A program made the position numbers and the translations under genes. A stretch of 64,000 nt of DNA from a virus (Duplodnaviria; Caudoviricetes). This document shows, in pieces, positions 1 through 9,600 of the stretch. The stretch covers positions 32,001-96,000 of the IMG/VR virus record IMGVR_UViG_3300005711_000021. The stretch is one strand, 5' to 3'. The first letter of the stretch is position 1, and each line of letters opens with the position of its first letter. Under the pieces are notes generated by a model, which saw nothing but the letters and a program-made list of their open reading frames with translations, was not told where the DNA came from and did no database searches.

Positions 1-1
1 T

Positions 2-3000
2 GTATTTCAAATTGAGCATTCCCTAAATACAAATCCTAATGGATTTTTACGAAAGATGTATGCACAGGAAGAATTCATTCCTGGTATAAAAAGAGAATTA
101 CAAAATCGCTTATCAGATATAAATCCTAAAAGAGTTAATAATATAGTTGATAATATCTTAACGCATGTCTCTGATACATTAGAATATACTGAGGAAGCAC
201 TTCCTGATCATTATAAACTTTCTTCAAAGTTTAAAAAAGCTAATAAAGATGTTTTAAATGAAGAACAAATGTTAGACCTTGAAGAAGTTATTAGAGAAAA
301 CTTTATTAAAAAACGTGAAGAAACACAGCAGTACATTAATTCACATCAAGACCTATTAGAAAACTTAAAAGCTGAATTACTTGATTATGATGGACTTGCT
401 ACTAAGTTTGGTACAAAGAACAATCAGAGACAAAATATGATTGAACAAGCATTAGGAGATTCTCAAGTTACATTAAGAGAATTAGTAGAGAATGCAGATC
501 AAATAGAAAAAACAAATTTGATTTCTGAAGGTAATCAGAACCCAATGGATGTTCTTCAACGTGCAAGAGAGTTAATTGAAAAAGATTCAAGATACGGTGA
601 TTTATTTGTAGATAAAACATTAAGAATAGATGAAGATGGTAACATTAGAAGTTTTGCAGAAGCTGCTAATATTGGTAAAAAGTTTGAAACACAGTTTCTT
701 CATACTTTACCAGGTAAGCTATTAAAACCTTTAGAAACTAGAGCATTTAAAAATAGTGCTCCTAACTTTTATTTTTCTAGTAAAGGTAGTGTAGATTATT
801 TACTTCCTAAGCTATTAGAAGATAGAGAATCTACTATATTAGAGAACTCTTACTTTAGAATTAATGATAGAGGTTTTAGAGTTGCAGGAAATGAATTAAG
901 ACGTGAATCCAAAATGGATGATTTGTTTTTAACTTCAGGTACATATGGTTCTCATGTTAGGTTATATAAAAATATAACTGGTGACGTAGATTACTCAAGT
1001 GCTCCTAGAAGTTTTATAGCAGAAAAACTAGATATGGGGTCCACTCCTAAATTAAATGCTTTTGAAAATCTTAAGTTAAAATATAAGAAATTTAAAGATC
1101 CACAATGGACTCCTAATCTTATAAAAGATAAAATTAATAATCTATCTGCAGATCAATCAGCTGAAGATTACTTTGAAGACATGAAGGAAATTAATCGAAT
1201 CTTTAAACGTTCCACAACCAAGATGGATAAAACGACAGTTGCTCGATTAAATAACTTTAACTTGGATGAATCAACAAGAGAGATTTTTGATTTATTAAAA
1301 TTGGATGATGAAAATCTATTAAAATCTATTGCTTATATAAATACTGGAGGTACGACACAAAACTTCTTAAATGCAGACGCATCTTCATTAATTAATCGTT
1401 ACCAAAAAGATCCTAAAGCAGCTCGTTCACTTGTATCTATTTCAAAGAAGATAACAAATGTCGGGATGAATATGGAGTATACAAATGCTGATCATTATCC
1501 TGACCTTTTAAGAAAAGAACTTTCTAAAGAAGCATTCCTAAGATATAAACAAGCATTTGGCGGAGATGCTTTAATGAATATGCTTAATAGTGTGCCGTTA
1601 TCTAATGCACAACGTTCTAATGCTAAGAAACTTGCAAGTTGGGGTATTTTTCAAGAAGCAGGTGAAATCTATAATAAAGATATTTCTCCAAAGCAATTAG
1701 AAGAATTAACTAAATCAAAAACAAACTTACAAAGCTTATTTGCTTCAGAACTATCTAATGAATCCAATAAAGATAGATTAATGAAACAAGAGTTCCAAGA
1801 AGTTGTTTCTGCTATGAGTAAATCTGCTTCGACAATGTTTGATGAATCAGATGCACCATTAGAGCATTTAAATAAAATTGAAAAAGCTAATAGACCTGGT
1901 TCTCATATTTATGTAAGAAAAGGTATTTCAGCTTTAGATATTTTAAGTGATTTAAATAGCACAGAGAAATTAAAAGCTTTCGGAAAGCAATTTACTGCAG
2001 GAAGAAAGAATATGGAAGATTTCACGAGTTATTCATTCTATCCTTATTTTGGATTATTCCGTTTAACAGATGCATTACCTCACCTTGCATTCTCTCCAGA
2101 GAATACAGGTAGCGTAGGTGACTTAGCTAAAAATATTATGCTTAAACGTGTTATGCCAGTAATAGGTGCAGGTTATACATTAAGCTATTTAAATTATGAA
2201 TCTAAAAACTTTACAGGTAAAAGTTTAACAGAAGCGGCTATGGTTTCATGGTCTAACTTTGATTTAGGTGTTAGAACATTTATTGATAAAACACCTTTAG
2301 CTGAGTCTTTTAAAGATATGTATTATACAAATGATTTAGTTAATTATTATAATCCAGATCCATATCGTAATGTAGAAGAACAACGTGAATGGTACGAAAA
2401 AGGTGTAACACCTGTTCGTAAAGGACGTTGGTGGGGAATGTCTACATCTGAGTTTAGAGGAGGAAAGATAGAATACTTCGAACCTAACAAACTTAGACAA
2501 GTAAGTACACCGTGGAAAGATATAGGTGTTTATGGTTCTTCAGATGAAAAATGGAAACATAGTATTATTCCTACTTTAAGACATCCATTATCTCCTATTC
2601 GTTATTTAATGGATCCTTATTGGCTAGAAGAAAAAAATAAATTCTCTAGACCATATCCAATTACTGCTCCACTATTTAGTGAAGGTACACCATGGAGCGG
2701 TATTTTAAATATGACTGTTGGTAACGCTATTAAACCACAAAGAAGTATGCATAACGAAGTATTAGGTAATGACTTTACTGATGTAAGAGATTTAATTCTT
2801 CGTGAGAATGAAAGAATTAGAAAGAAAGATGCATTACAAGATAGATATGTCATGTTAACTGGATCTAGCTCTGCTACTGAAGAAAGACAATTTGATATGT
2901 CGGGCACACCTACCTTACAAGGTAGTCCAGTTATTCGTGGCGATAATATTGATTTATCTAATTTTAATAAACAAAGTGGTGTTTCTGCTCCTTATTCTGT

Positions 3001-5953
3001 TACAGCTAATACGCATAGAACAGATAGTAAAATTACAATACTAGATAAACTTGTTATGGCAACAATGGATACAGGAATGATTATGCCACAACTTGAAGAT
3101 ATTAATGCTCAAATTAAATATAAAGCATCTACTCGTGGTATGTCAGAAACGAATTATGCTAAACAATATGATTCATTAATAGCTGCTGACACAATAGATA
3201 TTGTTAGAGATAAAGACATTAGTGCTGAACTTAGAAATACAACTTCTACTAAAGAATACATAAGAGATATTGGTTATTCTGCAAAACAAATTAGTGGTAT
3301 TTATGGGTTCATGTTTGATGAATTAATTCCTGGCAAGAAACAACATATCTTAGCAAATGCATCTTCAATGAGTTCTTTCTCAAGAAGTTTCTGGGATGAA
3401 TCTTTAGGTGGCGTTGGTGGAGGATTCATGGAAATTGCTCGACGTTTCTTCCCTCATGCTAATCATGACAATATAGAAGTTAATCCAATTAGAAATAGTA
3501 TGCCATCATGGATGCCAGAAAGATTTAAACATGGTGATCCATATACTAAAGTTAAAAAAGGTGAAATGAGATTACCAGGTAGAGCTTATGAAGCGATGAA
3601 TCACTTTACACCTAATATTGATTTCTCTGTTCATCCTTATATGACAGGTGCTTCAAAAGAAGAGTTAACACAATACTATATTAACAAAAAAGATATGGAT
3701 GAGTATTTTAACTCACTTCCTATGCAAGAAATTAATTTATCTACTAAAGATGTTAAAAACCTGCAAAAGAATGCAAAAGCTGCACAAGATAATGTTCAAA
3801 AGCTATTAAGATCAGGAAAACTTAATAGCGGAGAATTCTATGATGATTTTCAACGTTTTAAAATATTAGCAGACGTTGCTCCTTATAGTTCAGAATACAA
3901 AAACTATAAATCAATTGTACAAAGTCAATTAACAGATGCGAACAAAAAAGAATACTATGATATTCTAGAACGTGTTAAAAAACAATCTACACAACATGAG
4001 TTTTATAATTATAGATATACTAAAAACTCTTTTGAAGAAATAGAAGGTTATGTAGATACAATCACAAAAGATGGTTTTACGTTAGTTGGAAGTAATAAAA
4101 CATATGCATTAGCAGGTGTTAAAACAACACAAGAAGGTATTAGTACACAACTTGCAGCGGGAGATAAAATCAGAATTAAAGTTGATGCATTAGATGCACA
4201 AGACGATTATTTAAAAGCTGTTGTCTATAGAGATGGTGTTAATATAAATCGTGAAATGATTCGAGATAAAACTGCTGAAAGAAGTTCTGATGGTTCAGCA
4301 ATAGATGCTCATGCAATTGCATCTAATACACAACGTCAGCTTGGAGCAATAGCAGAAACAATTGGACATTTACCTATTCCTATTATTCATAATAGATATA
4401 TGAAGTTAGAAACACCTTTAGAAGCATATAAAAGTGAACAAGTATATGGTACACCATATGCAACATGGTCTCACCCAATACAAGGATATATTCAACCAGC
4501 TTTTAATAAAGCAGTATCAGTTGGACCTATACATGCAGCTTTAGGTGCAACATCATTTGCAGCCAATGTTTTTATAGAAATGTCTAATACAAACTTTACT
4601 ACTTCTCATATGATAAGAGAAGCTGCTGAACTTGCTACAACTATAACTGGTAAAAAAGTAGCTGCAGAAACAGTTGCTAATAATATTACAAAAGCAGTTA
4701 AAATTTCTAATCTGTTAATTACACCAGGAGCAGCAACTGGAGCTACAATAGGTTTTGGTATTAAACTAAGTAATGAACATATAAATAAAGGAGCTATGAT
4801 TGGTTCTGCAATATGGAGTGCTGGATACTTAGTAACAAATGCTAATAACCCATTCTTGGCAGTTGGTGCAGGAGCCTCTATTGGTAAAATAGCAGGAGAC
4901 TTTTTAGAAACATCTGGTGGCAAAAAAGGAGCGGCAGTTGGTGCTGCAATAGGATTTGGTATTTCTTATTTAAGAAACCCTGACTTTAGTATAGAAGGCA
5001 TGAAAGAAAAATGGATACCAAAGAAAACTAAAAAACGTTGGGAAATGGAAGAATACTTTGATAGATTAAATTATATAAAATACAAAGGGTTGTTTGAAAA
5101 AGCATCCGAAAAAGCTCTTAAAAAAGAGGGTGTTAATATTAAACAATTAATACTTGAAATGGAAGAGAAAGAAGCAAAAAATGAAAAAGAAAAGGAAAAA
5201 TTATTAAAGTACAAACAAAAACTTGGTAATAATTATATTAGCAATACCGAATATGGTAAAAGCTTAATGAGACGTATTGACAGCCAGCTTACAGAAACAT
5301 TAGAGTCAAAGATTGTTACGGCGGGAGAGTATACAAAATCAGCAATAGCTTATAAACAAGCTATGGATTCAACAATCTATGGGCTCAAAGAAAATGCGTC
5401 TTGGGCACAAATCCTTAGAGCTTTACCTAAGAATGATAGAGATTTCTTCTTAGAGTTTGCTAAGGTAAAAGATGAAAAAGAACAAAATAAAATTCTTGCA
5501 ACTATTTCTCCTTATAAACGAAAAATACTTCAAAGTATTTGGGGTAGAAAAGTAGATAAACTAGAAAGTAATGAATCTTATTTTAGTTCTTATAAACTAC
5601 CTAATATGTTCTGGGAAGGTTGGAAGCCTAATGTGGACATGGATCAAATCCAAATGAAGACTATTGAGAATGAAGGTATGCTACTATCTGACTTTGGTTA
5701 TTATGATTCTAATAAATACGAACCTGGCTATAATGAAGTTTCTCCTATTAACAATTATCAACAAGATACTAGTTTACTTTCATTAAAAGCTAATTTATTT
5801 ACATCATTAAATGGTTTAGGATTGACAGGTGTAAATGTAAGCATTGAACCAAGTCAAGTCCCTGGTATTCAGATGATTGCAGATTTTGCTAAGATAACAG
5901 ATTATAGAATCAAGCAAAAAATCAATCAAACGTTTGGAAGAACATATTATTAA
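2..5953 (+). CDS. Giant virion protein, tape-measure/ejection-protein-like, with a degenerate SNase-like OB domain and C-terminal glycine-zipper hydrophobic segments (5' truncated)
   Basis: Frame is open from position 2, so the true start lies upstream of the window (track start 56). Mostly helical. Gly/Ala-rich hydrophobic repeats at ~4500-4970 (e.g. GAAVGAAIGFGISYL). Segment ~4034-4280 (YALAGVK...LKAVVYRDGVNINREMI) resembles a thermonuclease fold. Located in the tail/baseplate block. Confidence 0.6.
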   Translation, partial: VFQIEHSLNTNPNGFLRKMYAQEEFIPGIKRELQNRLSDINPKRVNNIVDNILTHVSDTLEYTEEALPDHYKLSSKFKKANKDVLNEEQMLDLEEVIRENFIKKREETQQYINSHQDLLENLKAELLDYDGLATKFGTKNNQRQNMIEQALGDSQVTLRELVENADQIEKTNLISEGNQNPMDVLQRARELIEKDSRYGDLFVDKTLRIDEDGNIRSFAEAANIGKKFETQFLHTLPGKLLKPLETRAFKNSAPNFYFSSKGSVDYLLPKLLEDRESTILENSYFRINDRGFRVAGNELRRESKMDDLFLTSGTYGSHVRLYKNITGDVDYSSAPRSFIAEKLDMGSTPKLNAFENLKLKYKKFKDPQWTPNLIKDKINNLSADQSAEDYFEDMKEINRIFKRSTTKMDKTTVARLNNFNLDESTREIFDLLKLDDENLLKSIAYINTGGTTQNFLNADASSLINRYQKDPKAARSLVSISKKITNVGMNMEYTNADHYPDLLRKELSKEAFLRYKQAFGGDALMNMLNSVPLSNAQRSNAKKLASWGIFQEAGEIYNKDISPKQLEELTKSKTNLQSLFASELSNESNKDRLMKQEFQEVVSAMSKSASTMFDESDAPLEHLNKIEKANRPGSHIYVRKGISALDILSDLNSTEKLKAFGKQFTAGRKNMEDFTSYSFYPYFGLFRLTDALPHLAFSPENTGSVGDLAKNIMLKRVMPVIGAGYTLSYLNYESKNFTGKSLTEAAMVSWSNFDLGVRTFIDKTPLAESFKDMYYTNDLVNYYNPDPYRNVEEQREWYEKGVTPVRKGRWWGMSTSEFRGGKIEYFEPNKLRQVSTPWKDIGVYGSSDEKWKHSIIPTLRHPLSPIRYLMDPYWLEEKNKFSRPYPITAPLFSEGTPWSGILNMTVGNAIKPQRSMHNEVLGNDFTDVRDLILRENERIRKKDALQDRYVMLTGSSSATEERQFDMSGTPTLQGSPVIRGDNIDLSNFNKQSGVSAPYSVTANTHRTDSKITILDKLVMATMDTGMIMPQLEDINAQIKYKASTRGMSETNYAKQYDSLIAADTIDIVRDKDISAELRNTTSTKEYIRDIGYSAKQISGIYGFMFDELIPGKKQHILANASSMSSFSRSFWDESLGGVGGGFMEIARRFFPHANHDNIEVNPIRNSMPSWMPERFKHGDPYTKVKKGEMRLPGRAYEAMNHFTPNIDFSVHPYMTGASKEELTQYYINKKDMDEYFNSLPMQEINLSTKDVKNLQKNAKAAQDNVQKLLRSGKLNSGEFYDDFQRFKILADVAPYSSEYKNYKSIVQSQLTDANKKEYYDILERVKKQSTQHEFYNYRYTKNSFEEIEGYVDTITKDGFTLVGSNKTYALAGVKTTQEGISTQLAAGDKIRIKVDALDAQDDYLKAVVYRDGVNINREMIRDKTAERSSDGSAIDAHAIASNTQRQLGAIAETIGHLPIPIIHNRYMKLETPLEAYKSEQVYGTPYATWSHPIQGYIQPAFNKAVSVGPIHAALGATSFAANVFIEMSNTNFTTSHMIREAAELATTITGKKVAAETVANNITKAVKISNLLITPGAATGATIGFGIKLSNEHINKGAMIGSAIWSAGYLVTNANNPFLAVGAGASIGKIAGDFLETSGGKKGAAVGAAIGFGISYLRNPDFSIEGMKEKWIPKKTKKRWEMEEYFDRLNYIKYKGLFEKASEKALKKEGVNIKQLILEMEEKEAKNEKEKEKLLKYKQKLGNNYISNTEYGKSLMRRIDSQLTETLESKIVTAGEYTKSAIAYKQAMDSTIYGLKENASWAQILRALPKNDRDFFLEFAKVKDEKEQNKILATISPYKRKILQSIWGRKVDKLESNESYFSSYKLPNMFWEGWKPNVDMDQIQMKTIENEGMLLSDFGYYDSNKYEPGYNEVSPINNYQQDTSLLSLKANLFTSLNGLGLTGVNVSIEPSQVPGIQMIADFAKITDYRIKQKINQTFGRTYY

Positions 5954-5982
5954 ATTTATTACAGAAAGGAGTGTGAAAGAGA

Positions 5983-6324
5983 ATGGATGTTGTAGCATTA
6001 TTAGACAATTATGGATTACCTATCGCAATGATTGCAGTTTTTATTGGGTTTACTATCAAAATGTATAATGATAATAATGAACAAAATTCACGTAGAGAAG
6101 AAAAAATGTATCAACAAAATCAAGAGAGAGAAGATAAACTTTATAAAACCATTGACGATGTAAATTCAATAAACAAAGAAATAAGTGAAACGAATAAGGG
6201 GCTAACTGAAACTAATAAGAAACTTACTGAGACAAACAAAGAACTTGTACAACAATTTAAAACAGAAGTTCTTATCATAAAAAATGACATTGAAGATATA
6301 AAACATGCAGTTTTAAAAAACTAA
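5983..6324 (+). CDS. BhlA/UviB-like holin
   Basis: 113 aa with a single N-terminal TM helix (YGLPIAMIAVFIGFTI), then REEK/REDK motifs and a coiled coil ending IKNDIEDIK. RBS AAAGGAG. Confidence 0.6.
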   Translation: MDVVALLDNYGLPIAMIAVFIGFTIKMYNDNNEQNSRREEKMYQQNQEREDKLYKTIDDVNSINKEISETNKGLTETNKKLTETNKELVQQFKTEVLIIKNDIEDIKHAVLKN

Positions 6325-6333
6325 TAAACATAA

Positions 6334-6362
6334 TTGACAGAAAGTTTGAAATGTGTTAATGT
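6334..6362 (+). promoter_or_regulatory. Putative SigA-type promoter for 6390..6602
   Basis: Perfect TTGACA (6334-6339), 17-bp spacer, TG-n-TAATGT extended -10 with a weak hexamer. Confidence 0.45.
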
Positions 6363-6389
6363 AAAATAAAAAAAACATGGGGGTACAAA

Positions 6390-6602
6390 ATGACAATTCA
6401 AGAAAGACTAATTAAAGTAGAGGAAAAGTTCAATGAGCTTAGAAATACATACACAGAAAAAGAATCTAGTGTTGTACAATTACAAGCAGAACTTTCTGAT
6501 ATTGAGAAACAACTAATCTTTACAAAAGGTGCTTATCAAGCATTAGTAGAATTGTTAGAAGACCAAACAGCTGAACATGTTGAAGCTGAAGTAGTAGAAT
6601 AA
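6390..6602 (+). CDS. Small coiled-coil hypothetical protein
   Basis: 70 aa with a heptad pattern, GGGGG RBS, followed by an intrinsic terminator. Confidence 0.75.
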   Translation: MTIQERLIKVEEKFNELRNTYTEKESSVVQLQAELSDIEKQLIFTKGAYQALVELLEDQTAEHVEAEVVE

Positions 6603-6613
6603 GATACATATTT

Positions 6614-6647
6614 AAGAGCTCGCTAAATCTAGCGGGCTTTTTGTTTT
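6614..6647 (+). terminator. Intrinsic terminator
   Basis: AAGAGCTCGCTA-AATC-TAGCGGGCTTTT stem-loop followed by a T tract. Confidence 0.85.
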
Positions 6648-6692
6648 ATAGTTTATTTTAAAGAGTATTATAAAGATAGCGAGGTGAAATCC

Positions 6693-9600
6693 ATGAAGAA
6701 GAATAAACGTTATACATATAGCGACGAAGTTAGAAGTCGTCTTTTATTACAAAGAGACAAAGAAATTGACCAAGTCGCAAAAAATATATTAGTAAAAAAA
6801 TATGAAGATGAATTAAAAAAAGAATATCCTGATGCCAATGCAAAAGAATTAAAAAAGAAGATTGTTGATAAATATAAAAAAGAATATTATGACATACGTA
6901 GTAACATTATTGCTCCTTTGTATCATGATAAAGTTTCTGACATTATTAAGATTGGTAAAGAGTCCGTAATTATTAGTAATACCAAAAATTATAATCAAGA
7001 AACAACTTATGCAGAAAATACTAAACTTCCAGATATATATAAGAAGATAAGTATTAAATCTGATTTATTTGATGTTATGGAGAAGTATGGTACTTCGTAC
7101 AATAATACATCTAAAACACAAACAGGTTCTGCACTTATTTCAAATGTTATTGAATTTGATAAACTTAATTATTCTTATACAACTGTAAAAGCATCTCAAT
7201 CATTAGAACATGCAAATAAAGCTTATGAGTTCTTTAAAAAGTCTAAGAAATTTATGGCTTATGATTATGAAACAATGGGTGGTACAGATGAATTCGGATA
7301 TAAACGAGTAGATGCTTTAACAGAGTTTGCTTATAGTGTATTTGATAAAGAAAGTGGAAAATCCAAAACAGTTAGTACAATTGTTGGTTTAGATAAAAAA
7401 CAAGAAACACGTTTTAGAGAGCTTATTAAAAATGTAAATAGGGATGGCATTTCTTCTAATGAACAAGATGTCATCTATCGTCGTATCGGTTTGTATGGTC
7501 ATAAAAATACAAGCTTTATTAAAGATGCAGATGGAATGTATAAAGTTGAGAAGATGGCTGATCTTGAATATGGTCATAGATTCTCAGATGCAGATTTAGA
7601 AAGAGGTTTTAAACGCCTTAGAGATATTTATGAAGATCAAGCTAAGTTAGGTAAAACGACTGGTGGTCTTTATAAATGGCAAGAACGATATGCTGAAATG
7701 ATCGGTCTTATGAATAATAAAGATATGGCAGTACTAGACTACAATGGTGTTATTGCCGATAGACCTTGGCAAAATAAATTCTTAGCTACCATGGATTTAA
7801 ATGAATCTCAAAGACAAGAGTTTATGAAAATCGCTGGCATTAATGATATGTTCTTAGATACAACTAGTGAACGTTTTTATGATGTGCGTGTACATACTCG
7901 TTATGCTGCAAATAATGTAGGTTCAGAAGCTTACTATTCAACTGATGAAGCTAAAAAAAGATTAAAAGGGAACACACCATTCTCACAAGAAGGTATTACA
8001 AGAACACTCTTTGCAGAAGAATATGAAAAAGCAGGTGGTGGTGCTCATACTGCAGGATTCGATACACAACTCCTTGCAAAACTAGCAACAGATAAAAATG
8101 GTTTTGGAATGAATGGAGAAACATTTGTAGACCGTATTTATAGAGATGCAAACCTTAGTAAATCAGCTATTAATAGCTCTGTTAGAACTGGGAATTTAGA
8201 TTTGTTAATGGCAAATCAATCTGTTCAATTCTTTGGAGGCGGTAATGGTCCATTAAGTTATGTTTATGATCCAGTTAGTAAAAACTATAGAACAGCTAAT
8301 CAATATTCACTTGGAGAAACTGTATCTAAAGAATTTACTAAAGAAAATCCAATTAAACGTGGACGATTATATACATTAGATTTTGCTGGTCAAGTTAATA
8401 TGACAGATGAATGGGTAAAAAACATTGATGGTATCCATGATGAATATGCTCAGAAATCTTTATATGCTATTAAACTTAATCCATTCTTTGATGAAAAAGT
8501 AGCAGGTGCTCACCAGGGATTACGTGGTCATTCTGTAATGTTCTTTAATTCAAAAGAACAAATGGAAGCTACATTATCTAATATGACAAAGATAGGTGAA
8601 AGAGATTCTGCAACCAATCCTTTTAGATTTTTATCTGGAAAAGCAGGAGAAGAAGTAAGAGAAATGTTTACAACACATAACGTTGTAAATGGAAAAATTA
8701 TAAAAGGTGAATCTCCAGTATCTATTAATGAAATTATTACTAAAGCAACTTATGCTGATGTAAATGATACTGCTGCCAGAATGATTCGTGAAGACAGTTT
8801 CTCTAAAGCGATGAACTTCTCTCAATTCTATGATAAACTTAATGAATTTAATGAAGCTCCTGTAACAAAAAAAGAAGCAAATAATATTTTACTTCAAATC
8901 ATGCAATCTAAAGATAGAAAAATTTCTAAACGAGTTGCATCAGGTAAAGTACTAGAACTTTCATATGCTGATATTCAAGAAACATTAGGTTATTCATTAG
9001 ATAATGGAAAAACGCATAATCTGATTTCTAATACATTAAATAATCAAATGACAGCATTTGAATATATGTCTAGTCAGAATGAAGTATTCAAAGCTATTAA
9101 AAATCATTTCTATGAACAAGGTTATGATAGCGACCAATTCCAATTTAAGTTTGAAAACATCTTAAATCAATTAACAGAACAAGAGATTAATTCTATTACC
9201 AAAAATCCTCGTAAATCAAAAGAGTTCTGGAATAATGGAAAGCCAACTGAATTATTTGGAAAGGACTTAAATTATTTTAACTTTGATGTAAGAGATTTCT
9301 TTAGGGAGAGAATAGAGTCTCCTATACAAGCTTATAGCAAACCAATAATTGATGAAGATATATTAAGAATTGATTTGGGCCCAGGTAAAGAATATAACTT
9401 TGTTAATAACTTACTTCGTCGTACAAGTTATACAACTGAAATGAATGCTGCTCAAAAAAATAATGAAGGTATTACTCAACTTCGTAATTTCGTAAAGAAT
9501 GTTCAAGCAGATAAAAGCTATGGTGATTTATTTTCTCAATTCGATGATGCTAAGATTGCCTCTTATCAATCATCTGATATGTTTGCTAGTTCTATCATAC

